From contig CAVRAX010000004.1 in NCBI GenBank assembly GCA_963719145.1, positions 11,629 through 75,628 on the forward strand: 64,000 bases of DNA, in the 5' to 3' direction. The translations under genes and the position numbers were made by a program. The notes beneath the pieces were generated by a model that did not search any database, was not told the origin of the DNA, and was given only the letters and a program-made list of their open reading frames with translations. Numbering within the stretch: position 1 is the first letter of the stretch; each line of letters opens with the position of its first letter. Positions 33,047 to 42,579 of this stretch are shown here, piece by piece. This stretch comes from an uncultured Chloroflexia bacterium (GTDB lineage Bacteria > Chloroflexota > Limnocylindria > Limnocylindrales > CSP1-4).

Positions 33047-33607
33047 CTAGCGTGCCATGTCGGCGCGGTCCCGCGCCAGCCGCCGCCACTCGATCGCCGT
33101 GCAGCGGTTCATGACCACGGACAGGCCCGCGTCATGAGCGATCCGGGCAGCCTCCCAGCTCACGACGCCGAGCTGGAGCCAGAGGCAACGAGCTCCGGCG
33201 TCGACGGCCTCGATCGCGTGGGGGACGCAGAGCTCCGATCGCCGGAACACGTCGACGATGTCGAATGGGCCCGTCGCCGCGACGGCCTCGCCGACCGACG
33301 AGTAGGCCCGCACGCCGAGGACCGCCTCGACGTTCGGGTTCACCGGCACGCAATCGAAGCCCTCGTCGCGGAGATATCGGAAGACGTCGTGCGACGGCCG
33401 CCCGGGGTTCGCCGAGGCGCCGACGATCACGATCCGATGGCTGCTCCGCAGGAGGGCTTCGATCGCGGCGTCGTCGAGGACCGGAACCGGGCCCCGGCCC
33501 TCCTCGAGGTCGAGGATGGCGCGGGCCTGCTCCCGCGCTCGGCTCGGATCAGGGTCCGGACCGGGGCGGAACGCGGGCACGGCGCGTTCGGTCGGCTGGT
33601 CGGTCAT
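33047..33607 (-). CDS. CoA-binding-domain protein (YccU-like).
   Basis: IVIVGASANPGRPSHDVFRYLRDEGFDCVPVNP is the canonical CoA_binding_2 motif. The start is set at the internal ATG 33607. Upstream in-frame sequence is low-complexity. The stop lies 50 nt before the S-component start. Confidence 0.7.
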   Translation of the reverse strand: MTDQPTERAVPAFRPGPDPDPSRAREQARAILDLEEGRGPVPVLDDAAIEALLRSSHRIVIVGASANPGRPSHDVFRYLRDEGFDCVPVNPNVEAVLGVRAYSSVGEAVAATGPFDIVDVFRRSELCVPHAIEAVDAGARCLWLQLGVVSWEAARIAHDAGLSVVMNRCTAIEWRRLARDRADMAR

Positions 33608-33791
33608 CGGTCGACGATCATTGCACGGCCCAGCGGCGGCCGTCATACTGCGGGGCGACCGCGCCGGGTCACGGCCGGGACGGGCTCTCCGCTCACCGTG
33701 ACCCAGCCGTCGAAGTGGGCAGCTGACGCGCGCGATCGGCCCGATCCGGGACCCTGGCTCGTCCGGCTGCACGATTTGGAGGAGGACTACG

Positions 33792-34913
33792 TTGCGCATC
33801 TCGAACAGGGTCGGCGCCTTCGTCGCGTCGGCCGCGATCGTCGTCACGGCCTGCGGCGGTGGAGCGTCCGCGTCGCCGACGGCGCCGCCGGCCACACCGC
33901 CGCCGACGGCCGAGGTAACCCCCGCCCCGCCGACCGCTAGCCCGATCACCTACAAGGCCTGCATGGTCAGCGACACCGGCGGCATCGACGACCACGCCTT
34001 CAACGAGAACGCCTGGAAGGGCATGACCGACGCCAACGCCAAGATCGGCGTCCAGGTCAAGTTCCTGGAGTCGACCACCGCGGCCGACTACGAGAAGAAC
34101 ATCAACCAGTTCCTCAGCGAAGGCTGCGACATGATCGTGACCGTCGGGTTCCTGCTCGGCGACGCGACCAAGGCCGCCGCCGAGGCCAACCCCGACACTC
34201 GCTTCGCGATCGTCGACTACGCCTACGACCCGGCGATCCCGAACGTCGAGGGCCTGGTCTACACGACCGCGGAGGGCGCGATGCTCGCGGGCTACGCGTC
34301 GGCCTCCTGGTCGAAGACCCATGTCATGGGCACCTTCGGCGGGATCAACATCGGCGGCCCGGTCACCGACTTCATGGACGGCATGGTCGCCGGCGCCCAC
34401 TACTACGACAAGCAGAAGGGCACCACGACGACCGTCCTCGGCTGGGACCCTGTCACGAAGCAGGGCTCGTTCACCGGGGACTTCGACAGCATCGACAACG
34501 GCAAGACCCTGTCGCTCGGCTTCCTCGATGAGAACGCCGACGTGATGATGGGGGTCGGCGGCCCGATCGGCCAGGGCGTGTTCGCCGCCATCGAGGAGCG
34601 GAGCGCCGCGGCCGTCGGCCTCGGTGTCGACGTCGACTGGTACCTCTCGGTCCCGCAGTACAAGTCGCTCATCCTGACGTCGGTCCTCAAGAAGATCGAT
34701 ATCAGCGTCGAGGCGGCCGTCGAGCGAGGCGTCAACGGCGACCCGGCGCAGCCCGTCTTCGTCAGCACCCTCGCGAACGGCGGCGTCGGCTACGCGCCGT
34801 TCCACGATTACGACTCGCAGATCTCGGCCGACACCAAGACCGAGCTCGACGCTCTCCAGGCGGCCATCATCGACGGCTCCGTGAAGCCGGCAGACTACTT
34901 CGCGGCGCCCTAG
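33792..34913 (+). CDS. BMP-family (PnrA/Med-like) ABC transporter substrate-binding lipoprotein, probably nucleoside-binding.
   Basis: TTG start with a GGAGGAGG RBS. Lipobox VVTAC|G. BMP-family pattern throughout. Confidence 0.9.
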   Translation: MRISNRVGAFVASAAIVVTACGGGASASPTAPPATPPPTAEVTPAPPTASPITYKACMVSDTGGIDDHAFNENAWKGMTDANAKIGVQVKFLESTTAADYEKNINQFLSEGCDMIVTVGFLLGDATKAAAEANPDTRFAIVDYAYDPAIPNVEGLVYTTAEGAMLAGYASASWSKTHVMGTFGGINIGGPVTDFMDGMVAGAHYYDKQKGTTTTVLGWDPVTKQGSFTGDFDSIDNGKTLSLGFLDENADVMMGVGGPIGQGVFAAIEERSAAAVGLGVDVDWYLSVPQYKSLILTSVLKKIDISVEAAVERGVNGDPAQPVFVSTLANGGVGYAPFHDYDSQISADTKTELDALQAAIIDGSVKPADYFAAP

Positions 34914-35023
34914 GCCCGCGTCGGTCACCTGAGCAGGGTGCGGTCGGCGGTGCGGATGACGCGTCGCCGGCCGCATTGTTTCCCCCCGGGCCCTCGGCCC
35001 GTCGTAGCGAGGACGTCCCGTCG

Positions 35024-36592
35024 ATGAAGCTGGAGCTTCACGGCATCTCCAAGCGGTTTCCAGGAGTCATCGCCAACCAGGACGTCGACCTCGTCGTCGA
35101 GCCGGGCGAGATCCATGCCCTGCTCGGCGAGAACGGCGCCGGCAAGACGACGCTCATGAACGTCCTGTTCGGGCTCTACCAGCCTGACGAGGGCGAGATT
35201 CGGATCGACGACCAGCCGGTCATCTTCCATGACCCGGGCGACGCGATCGCGGCCGGGATCGGCATGGTCCACCAACACTTCATGCTGGTCCCGGTCTTCT
35301 CGGTCACCGAGAACGTCATGCTGGGCGTCGAGTCGGTCCGCGGGCCGCTTGGCCAACAGCTCGACCGACCGGCGGCCCGCCGGCGGATCGTGGAGATCAG
35401 CGAGGCCCACAACCTCCATGTCGACCCGGACGCGTTGGTCGAGGACCTGCCGGTCGGGGTGCGGCAGCGGGTCGAGATCATCAAGACGCTGTATCGCCAG
35501 TCGGAGCTGCTCGTCCTCGACGAGCCGACCGCGGTCCTGACCCCGCAGGAGGACGAGGAGCTGTTCGAGATCATGCGCTCGCTCAAGGCGAGCGGGACCT
35601 CGATCGTGTTCATCACCCACAAGCTCAACGAGGCGATGGACGTCGCCGATCGGATCACCGTCCTCCGCGCCGGCCGCGTCGTCGGGACCACCACGCCGAC
35701 CGAGGCGACGCTGGAGAGCCTCGCCGAGATGATGGTCGGGCGACACGTGTCGCTCGTGGTCGACAAGGACCCGGCGAAGCCAGGCGCCACGGTCCTCGAG
35801 GTCAAGGACCTCGTCGTCCGCGACGACCGCGGCCATGTCACGGTCAATGGCCTGAACCTCGAGGTCCGCGCGGGCGAGATCGTCGCGATCGCCGGCGTCC
35901 AGGGCAACGGCCAGACCGAGCTCGTGGAGGCCGTCACCGGGCTCCGTCGCCCGGCCGCCGGCAGCATCCGCATCGAGGGCCAGGAGGTCCGCCTGGAGCC
36001 CCGCTCGATCCTCGAGGCGGGCGTGGCGCACGTGCCCGAGGATCGCCTGGAGGATGGTTGCGTCCCGGCCTTCTCGATCGCCGAGAACCTCGTCCTCAAC
36101 ACCTATTACCGGGCTCCGTACTCGAATGGCCTGCAACTGGACCGCGAGGCGATCGCGGACAACGCTGACACGCTCGTCCGCGACTTCGACGTCAGGACCC
36201 CGTCGGTCTTCAACCAGGTCGGCAACCTCTCCGGCGGCAACCAGCAGAAGGTGATCGTGGCCCGGGAGTTCTCGCGCCCGATCCACCTGCTGATTGCCGC
36301 CCAGCCGACGCGGGGCCTCGACGTCGGCTCGATCGAGTACATCCACCGGCGGATCGTGGAAAAGCGCGACGAGGGTGCCGCCGTGCTCATCGTCTCGACC
36401 GAGCTCGACGAGGTCTTCGCCCTGGCCGACCGGATCGCGGTCATGTACCAGGGCCGGATCGTCGACGTCCTCGACCCGGAACTGGCGACGCCGCAGCAGC
36501 TGGGGCTGCTCATGGGGGGCTCCGGACCCGGCCAGGTCAACGACGGCGAAGACCTCGGGGAGGCGGACCGCGTGGTGACGACTCATGGTTGA
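35024..36592 (+). CDS. ABC transporter ATP-binding protein with duplicated ATPase domains (nucleoside/sugar type).
   Basis: Two Walker A motifs (GENGAGKTT; GVQGNGQTE), two signature motifs, and Walker B. The start is set at the ATG of MKLELHG. Confidence 0.9.
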   Translation: MKLELHGISKRFPGVIANQDVDLVVEPGEIHALLGENGAGKTTLMNVLFGLYQPDEGEIRIDDQPVIFHDPGDAIAAGIGMVHQHFMLVPVFSVTENVMLGVESVRGPLGQQLDRPAARRRIVEISEAHNLHVDPDALVEDLPVGVRQRVEIIKTLYRQSELLVLDEPTAVLTPQEDEELFEIMRSLKASGTSIVFITHKLNEAMDVADRITVLRAGRVVGTTTPTEATLESLAEMMVGRHVSLVVDKDPAKPGATVLEVKDLVVRDDRGHVTVNGLNLEVRAGEIVAIAGVQGNGQTELVEAVTGLRRPAAGSIRIEGQEVRLEPRSILEAGVAHVPEDRLEDGCVPAFSIAENLVLNTYYRAPYSNGLQLDREAIADNADTLVRDFDVRTPSVFNQVGNLSGGNQQKVIVAREFSRPIHLLIAAQPTRGLDVGSIEYIHRRIVEKRDEGAAVLIVSTELDEVFALADRIAVMYQGRIVDVLDPELATPQQLGLLMGGSGPGQVNDGEDLGEADRVVTTHG

Positions 36593-37865
36593 GCCCGCGG
36601 CTACCCCGGGGCCGGAGTCAACCTCGACGAACGGCGCGACGCCGACCGAGCCGACCGAGCCGACCATGGCCGCCCGGCTCGGGGGCGCGGCGCGCGGGCT
36701 CGCGGTCCCGCTGCTGGCCATCTTCAGCGCCCTCGTCATCGGCGCCCTCGTCATCATCCTCTCGGACCTCACCTTCTTCGAGCGCCTCCTGGCTGACCCG
36801 GGAGCGGCCCTGGGAGGGGCGGTCGACGAGGTGGCCCGCGCCTACGGAGCGCTGTTCAGCGGTGCGCTCGGGAGCCCAACCGACTATGCGAATGCCTTCA
36901 CCTCCGGCGACCCGGACCTGATCAACAAGGCCTTCGTCCCGATCAGCGAGACGCTCCTGGCGGCGACGCCCCTCATCTTCACCGGCCTGGCCGTCGCGCT
37001 GGGCTTCCAGTGCGGCCTGTTCAACATCGGCGCCGAGGGCCAGCTGTATGTCGGCGCGATGTTCGGGACGTTCGCCGGGTTCGCCTTCACCGGCCTGCCG
37101 TGGTTCGTCCACATCCCGCTGGCCATCGGCGCCGGTTTCCTGGGCGGGGCCCTGTGGGGCTTCATCCCGGGCCTCCTCAAGGCCCGGACGGGAGCCCACG
37201 AGGTCATCGTCACGATCATGCTGAACTACACGGCCTACAACCTGATCTCATTCATCCTCAAGGTCCCGGGGTACCAGCGCGAGGGCCGGAGTGACCCCAT
37301 CTCCAAGGTGGCCCTCGAGTCGTCGTGGTACCCGCCCCTGGTCGAAGGCCTGCGCGCCAACTGGGGGTTCGTCCTCGGGCTCGTCGCGGCGGTCTTTGTC
37401 TCCTGGCTCCTCTTCCGCTCGACACGCGGGTTCGAGTTCCGGGCCGTCGGCTTCAACCCGACGGCGGCGCGCTACGCGGGGATGAGCATCGCCACCTCGA
37501 CCATCCTGGCGATGACGATCAGCGGTGGTCTGGCGGGCCTGGCCGGGACCAGCATCGTGCTCGGCGTCACCCACTCCCTGACGTTCGGGATCTCGAGTGG
37601 CTTCGGGTTCGACGGCATCGCGATCGCCCTGATGGCCGGGTCGAAGCCGCGCGGCATCATCCTCGCCTCGCTGCTGTTCGGCGCGCTCCGAGGCGGGGCC
37701 ACGCCGATGCAGTCGCTCACCGGCGTCCCGATCGACCTCGTCGTCGTGATGCAGGCACTGGTCATCATGTTCGTCGCCGCGCCGGCGCTGGTCCGCGAGA
37801 TCTACCGGATCCGGGTCCCGGAGACGACCGGGCTGGAGACCTTCAGCCAGGGCTGGCGAGCGTGA
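36585..37865 (+). CDS. ABC transporter permease.
   Basis: Polytopic membrane protein overlapping the preceding ATPase gene. BPD/branched-chain-type permease pattern. Confidence 0.85.
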   Translation: MVEPAATPGPESTSTNGATPTEPTEPTMAARLGGAARGLAVPLLAIFSALVIGALVIILSDLTFFERLLADPGAALGGAVDEVARAYGALFSGALGSPTDYANAFTSGDPDLINKAFVPISETLLAATPLIFTGLAVALGFQCGLFNIGAEGQLYVGAMFGTFAGFAFTGLPWFVHIPLAIGAGFLGGALWGFIPGLLKARTGAHEVIVTIMLNYTAYNLISFILKVPGYQREGRSDPISKVALESSWYPPLVEGLRANWGFVLGLVAAVFVSWLLFRSTRGFEFRAVGFNPTAARYAGMSIATSTILAMTISGGLAGLAGTSIVLGVTHSLTFGISSGFGFDGIAIALMAGSKPRGIILASLLFGALRGGATPMQSLTGVPIDLVVVMQALVIMFVAAPALVREIYRIRVPETTGLETFSQGWRA

Positions 37866-39142
37866 CCGCCGCCGCCGCGACCGCCCCGGCGGGCATCGTC
37901 GATCGAGATGCCATTCGGCGGCAGCGGATCCTGGGAGTCGCCTACCTCGTCATGGGCGCGGTCGTCGCCTACTTCCTGACGTCGAACATCAAGACTGACG
38001 CGACGAGCACGTTCGTGCTCAAGCCGGCGGGCAACCAGGGCGGACTCGACATTCCGAGCCTCGTCGTGCCCTCGATGCTGACGGTCTACCTCGCGGCCGG
38101 GATCTGTGCCGGCTTCGGCGCGATCCAGCTGATCCGCGGCTTCGGGACCCGCTGGTCGGTGGTCCTCGGCGTCGTGGTCGTGGCCTTTGTCTTCGCCTTC
38201 CTGACCTGGGCCGCGGCCGGCAAGTCGGTGAGCCTCATCGGCATCCTCCAGCTGACGGTCCAGAAGGCCCTGCCGATCACCTTCGGGGCCCTGTCGGGGG
38301 TGCTCTGCGAGCGATCGGGCGTGGTCAACATCGCGATCGAGGGGATGCTCCTCTCGGGAGCCTTCACCGGCGCGGTCGTCGGCAGCGCCACGGGCAACAA
38401 CCTGGTCGGCCTCCTCGCGGCCGCGATCGTCGGGGGCGCCCTCGCCGGCCTGCTCGCCCTCCTGGCGATCCGCTATCGGATGAACCAGATCGTGGCCGGC
38501 ACGGTCATCAACATCTTCGCCTCCGGCCTGACAGCATTCGCGGCGGCTCGCGTCCTGCAGACCCATCGCGAGCTCAACGAGCCCGAGAAGTTCGCCACGA
38601 TGCCGATCCCGGTCCTGTCCGACATCCCGATCGTCGGGCCGATGTTCTTCAGCGGCAACATGTTCATGTACTTGCTGTTCGTCCTCATCGGCCTCATCCA
38701 CTACGGCCTGTTCTACACACGCTGGGGGCTGCGGGTCCGGGCCGTCGGCGAGCATCCGCGGGCGGCCGATACGGTCGGGATCAACGTCCTCTACACCCGC
38801 TACCGGAACGTCATCCTCGGCGGGATCGTCGCCGGGATCGGCGGGGCCTACTTCACCCTCGGCTCCACGGGCTCGTTCGTCCGCGACATGACCGGCGGCC
38901 GGGGATTCATCGGCCTGGCCGCGATGATCTTCGGCGGCTGGACGCCGATCGGCGGCTTCCTCTCCAGCCTGATCTTCGGCTTCGCCGATTCGCTCCAGGC
39001 TCGACTGTCGATCCTCGCCGTCGCGGTGCCATCGGAGTTCCTGCTGATGGCCCCGTACCTGGTCACGATCATCGTCGTGGCCGGCCTCGTCGGCCGCGTC
39101 CGGATGCCGGCGGCGGACGGGACGCCATACGAGAAGGAGTGA
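37862..39142 (+). CDS. ABC transporter permease (second).
   Basis: GTG start overlapping the previous stop (GTGA). Polytopic membrane protein. Confidence 0.85.
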   Translation: MTAAAATAPAGIVDRDAIRRQRILGVAYLVMGAVVAYFLTSNIKTDATSTFVLKPAGNQGGLDIPSLVVPSMLTVYLAAGICAGFGAIQLIRGFGTRWSVVLGVVVVAFVFAFLTWAAAGKSVSLIGILQLTVQKALPITFGALSGVLCERSGVVNIAIEGMLLSGAFTGAVVGSATGNNLVGLLAAAIVGGALAGLLALLAIRYRMNQIVAGTVINIFASGLTAFAAARVLQTHRELNEPEKFATMPIPVLSDIPIVGPMFFSGNMFMYLLFVLIGLIHYGLFYTRWGLRVRAVGEHPRAADTVGINVLYTRYRNVILGGIVAGIGGAYFTLGSTGSFVRDMTGGRGFIGLAAMIFGGWTPIGGFLSSLIFGFADSLQARLSILAVAVPSEFLLMAPYLVTIIVVAGLVGRVRMPAADGTPYEKE

Positions 39143-39155
39143 CCGGCCCACCCAG

Positions 39156-40289
39156 GTGGCCCGCGGCCGAAGGCCGGACGCGGCGATGATCGGACGGCAG
39201 CCGTCGCGGTCGCCCGGCCCGGCCGGTGTGCGCCGCCTCCAGGGGGTCGCGGAGATCAGCGGGCATGCCGAGCTCAAGGAGGCGGCCCGGGACTGGAGCC
39301 GATTCTCTTCGGATCTGATCGGCGACGTCGACGTTCGCGACTACCACCAGCTGCCGCTCGAGGTCGACCCGCCCGCCCACGCCGCCTACCGCGCCATCCT
39401 CGCCCCGGTCTTCTCGCGGCGCGCCCTCCTCGATCTCGAGCCGAGGCTCGCGGCGATCGCCGGCGACCTGGTTCGCGCGTTCGCGACCCGTGGCCGGGCG
39501 GAGGTGGTCCGCGACCTGGCCGTGCCGATGGTCGGGGGGTCGATCGCCTGGGCCTTCGGCCGCGGCCAGGACGCCGACGAGCTCGCGAGCTGGGGGCTGA
39601 CGTCATGGGCAGAGCGGCCGGACGGGACTCGAAGCGGCGCGCGCCTCGACGCCTACGTCGCGCGGGTCCTCGACGAGGGGCTGGCCCGGCCCGGCGACGA
39701 CGCGTTCTCTCGGATCGCCGCGGCCCGGATCGACGGCCGGCGACTGACCCGGGTCGAGATGGTCGGCCTGGCGAACCTGATCCTGGCCGGCGGGCGCGAC
39801 ACCGTGATCGATCTGCTGGCCGGCGCGATGTGGGCGCTCGCGAGTCGGGCCGACGAGCGCCGACGCCTGCGGACGGATCCGGCGGGACTCCCGGTCGCGA
39901 TCGACGAGCTCGTTCGCTGGCTCAGCCCGCTGCCCCGGATGGAGCGGCGGGCCACGACGTCGGTGTCTGGGTCGTGGGGCAGTGCCGAGGCGGACGACAT
40001 CGTGATCCTCGGCTTCGCCCGAGCGAACCATGACTCGTCCGTGTTCTCGGCGCCCGGCGAGCTCCGCCTCGACCGGCGACCGAACCCCCACGTCGGCTTC
40101 GGAGCGGGCCCGCACACCTGCATCGGACTTCAGCTGGCTCGCCTGGAGGCGAGGGTCTTCATGGAGGCGCTGCTCCGCGAGGTTCCCGACTGGCGCCTGG
40201 GCCCGGGTGCCCGGGTCACGTACGAGGCGCTCGGCGGCACCCGGATCCCGACCCGCTTCGATGCCCTCCCGATCGGGGTGGGACCCTAG
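39156..40289 (+). CDS. Cytochrome P450.
   Basis: Heme-binding loop FGAGPHTCIG, I-helix AGGRDT, and K-helix ELVRW. 377 aa, which is slightly short. Confidence 0.85.
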   Translation: MARGRRPDAAMIGRQPSRSPGPAGVRRLQGVAEISGHAELKEAARDWSRFSSDLIGDVDVRDYHQLPLEVDPPAHAAYRAILAPVFSRRALLDLEPRLAAIAGDLVRAFATRGRAEVVRDLAVPMVGGSIAWAFGRGQDADELASWGLTSWAERPDGTRSGARLDAYVARVLDEGLARPGDDAFSRIAAARIDGRRLTRVEMVGLANLILAGGRDTVIDLLAGAMWALASRADERRRLRTDPAGLPVAIDELVRWLSPLPRMERRATTSVSGSWGSAEADDIVILGFARANHDSSVFSAPGELRLDRRPNPHVGFGAGPHTCIGLQLARLEARVFMEALLREVPDWRLGPGARVTYEALGGTRIPTRFDALPIGVGP

Positions 40290-40359
40290 CCCCCGGCTGC
40301 GGGCCGATGCGGCTCACGGTCCGTCGCGGCCCGGGCTCCCGGCCTCCGGGCGGGCTAGG

Positions 40360-41538
40360 CCTTGCGGCCCACGTTCCGACCGGACAGGTCAGGCTGCATG
40401 CCGGTCATCGTCGCACGCTCCCATCTGCTGCAGGATCTCTGGCTGGTGGCTGAAGAAGATGCTCGCTGGTGTCCGGCCCTTGGTCCGGTAGCCGCGGTGC
40501 GGCCGTTCGAAGTTGTAGAAGCGGAGGAAGGCCTGGAGGTCGGCGTCGATCGTCGCCGCGGTGGTGTAGTAGCGGTAGCGGAAGGCGACCCGGTAGTGGA
40601 GATGGAGGACCGTCCCCTGGAAGCGCTCGACGAAGGCATTGAGGTTGGGGCTCCGGGGCGGGATCCGATGGTGCCGGACGTCCGCCTCGCGGCAGGCCTC
40701 GCCGAACGCCTTCCCGAACTCCGGGCCATTGTCGGTCGTCGCCGTCGCGAGGCGGAGCCGGGCCTGGCGACAGGCCGGCAGGACGGCCTCGGCGAGGAAG
40801 CGAGCCATGACCGCGCTGGTCTTGTCGCCGGCGATCACCCGGGCGATCCCGAAGCTCGAGGCGCCGTCGACCGCGCTCAGCTGCCAGACCTTGCCGACGC
40901 CCTTGAGGTTGCCGACGTAGAAGGTGTCGAAGAAGAGCTCCTCGCCCGGGACGTCCGAGCCGATGTGGACGGTCCTCGCCCGCTCGATCGATCTGATCTG
41001 GCGGAGGACCCGCTCGGTGAGTGGCCCGCCCTCGGACGCGGCCAGGCTCTCGGCCGCGGCCAGGCGCGCCAGGCGCCGTCCGAGGCCTGCCCGGCGAAGG
41101 ACGGCCGCGACCCCACCATGGCTGACCCGCCAACCGCCGTAGCGGGGCTGGGCCAGGACGAGCGCGATCGTCCGGGCGCCGTGGGTCGGGTGCTCGACGG
41201 CATAGGCGACGATCGCGTCGACGAGCGGCTCGGGCAGCCGCCGGCCGGGCCGCTCGGTCGGGCGGGGCTTGGGTCGGAGCCCGGCCTCGCCGTAGGCGCG
41301 ATAGCGGGCCCGCAGCTCGTAGAACCGGCTGCGGCTGATGCCGGCCTCCCGGCAGAGCTGGGTCACCGGCGCCTCCCGGCGCTCGGCTCGGTCAAGGAGC
41401 GCCTTCCGCAGGCGTGCCAAACTGTCGGCCGGGGCCACAGGCGATCCTCCGCTGTCGACTGCAACATCAACAGCGTCAGGGTATCCAGTGGCCCCTTCTC
41501 CATGTCCGCGGTGTCCGGCTTCACCGTGGGCTGCAAGG
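40360..41538 (-). mobile_element. IS481-family insertion sequence (element 1, ~1179 bp).
   Basis: Imperfect terminal inverted repeats CCTTGCGGCCCACG… (40360→) and …CGTGGGCTGCAAGG (→41538). GCTAGG is present on both flanks (40354-40359 and 41539-41544). The DDE transposase lies inside. Confidence 0.75.
40389..41438 (-). CDS. IS481-family DDE transposase (rve/integrase core).
   Basis: HTH N-terminus followed by an integrase core (DNGPEF…RSPNLNAFVERF…RPHRGY). The start is set at GTG 41438 with a GGAGGA RBS. The track ORF reads 5' into the neighbouring IS and is rejected. Confidence 0.8.
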   Translation of the reverse strand: MAPADSLARLRKALLDRAERREAPVTQLCREAGISRSRFYELRARYRAYGEAGLRPKPRPTERPGRRLPEPLVDAIVAYAVEHPTHGARTIALVLAQPRYGGWRVSHGGVAAVLRRAGLGRRLARLAAAESLAASEGGPLTERVLRQIRSIERARTVHIGSDVPGEELFFDTFYVGNLKGVGKVWQLSAVDGASSFGIARVIAGDKTSAVMARFLAEAVLPACRQARLRLATATTDNGPEFGKAFGEACREADVRHHRIPPRSPNLNAFVERFQGTVLHLHYRVAFRYRYYTTAATIDADLQAFLRFYNFERPHRGYRTKGRTPASIFFSHQPEILQQMGACDDDRHAA

Positions 41539-41539
41539 G

Positions 41540-42490
41540 CTAGGTGTGATTCCCGGACACGTTGTTGACGAGGACCGCCATCGGCGTGAGCCCGTTCAGC
41601 GCGGTGTGGGGTCGGTGGTTGTTGTAGTGATCGACGAAGTCTGGCAGGGCGAGCAACCGCTCGTTGTTGGACGTGTACGGGCGGGTGTAGGCCCACTCGT
41701 CGAGCAGGGTCCGGTTGAAGCGCTCGCTCTTGCCGTTGGTCTGCGGCCGGTGGAAGCGGGTCCGCTTGTGGCGGGCTCCGAGGTCGCTGAGGGCCGCCTG
41801 GAAGTCACGCGAAACGGTGTAGTTGCGGGCGTTGTCGGTCATGACCCGCTCGATCCGGACACCCTGCCGAGCAAACCACGCCGCGGCATCGCGCAGGAAC
41901 GCGGCGCAGGTCGGACCACGCTCGTCGGCGAAGACGTCGACATAGGCCACCCGGCTCATGTCATCGATGGCCTGATGGACGTAGTCGTAGCCGGACCGCG
42001 CCTTGGGTGTGCCGTTGCCCCGGCCGCGGAACCGATGGCCGCCACCGTCGGGGATCCGCCCCAGCTTCTTGACGTCGATGTGGAGGAGCTCGCCCGGTCG
42101 CTCTCGGACATAGCGGATCGGGACACCCGACGGCCGGTCGCGGTCACGTAGCCGGGACAGGCCATGACGGCGCAGGACGTCACCGATCGTCGAGCGCGGG
42201 CTGCCGACGACCGGCGCCAGGCGATGCGGGCCGTACCCCAGCTCGTGGCGGGCGGCGAGGATCGCCGCGACCCGCTCCGGCGTGAGCCTGCGGGGCGAGC
42301 GATGCGGCCGGGAGCTGCGATCCTCGAGACCGGTCAGGCCCTCGGCCCGGTACCGCCGGACCCACTTGGTGGCCGTCTGGCGGCTCACGCCGGTCATCGC
42401 CGCGGCATGGGCGATCGGCCAAGCCTCAAGCTCGATCCGTTCGACCAGCAGCCGCCTGCCGAACACCGTCAGCTTCGCCGTACGATGCAT
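41540..42490 (-). CDS. IS481-family DDE transposase.
   Basis: MHRTAKLTVFGRRLLVER… (HTH), then MTDNARNY…RPQTNGKSERFNRTL…HYNNHRPHTAL. The ORF reads through the left IR. Its TAG stop is supplied by the flanking CTAG. Confidence 0.85.
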   Translation of the reverse strand: MHRTAKLTVFGRRLLVERIELEAWPIAHAAAMTGVSRQTATKWVRRYRAEGLTGLEDRSSRPHRSPRRLTPERVAAILAARHELGYGPHRLAPVVGSPRSTIGDVLRRHGLSRLRDRDRPSGVPIRYVRERPGELLHIDVKKLGRIPDGGGHRFRGRGNGTPKARSGYDYVHQAIDDMSRVAYVDVFADERGPTCAAFLRDAAAWFARQGVRIERVMTDNARNYTVSRDFQAALSDLGARHKRTRFHRPQTNGKSERFNRTLLDEWAYTRPYTSNNERLLALPDFVDHYNNHRPHTALNGLTPMAVLVNNVSGNHT

Positions 42491-42578
42491 CGTGAGAGCC
42501 CTCCCGTGGTTTGGAGCCAGACACCCCAAATCCCACGGACAGGGCTCTCACCTGTCAACAACGTCCTCATGAATCACA
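41545..42578 (-). mobile_element. IS481-family insertion sequence (element 2, ~1034 bp).
   Basis: Terminal inverted repeats TGTGATTC…GTTGTTGAC at both ends. Flanked by GCTAGG (41539-41544) and CCTAGG (42579-42584). The central GCTAGG is shared with element 1. Confidence 0.8.
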
Positions 42579-42579
42579 C

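Noticed and set aside
33608-33790. Possible TPP or other riboswitch in the leader of the CoA-binding/ECF transporter transcript.
   Set aside because: No CUGAGA or pyrimidine-sensing consensus elements were recognisable. This needs an Rfam scan to exclude properly.
40362-41543. 393-aa plus-strand ORF antisense to the IS481 transposase.
   Set aside because: Shadow ORF with no motifs.
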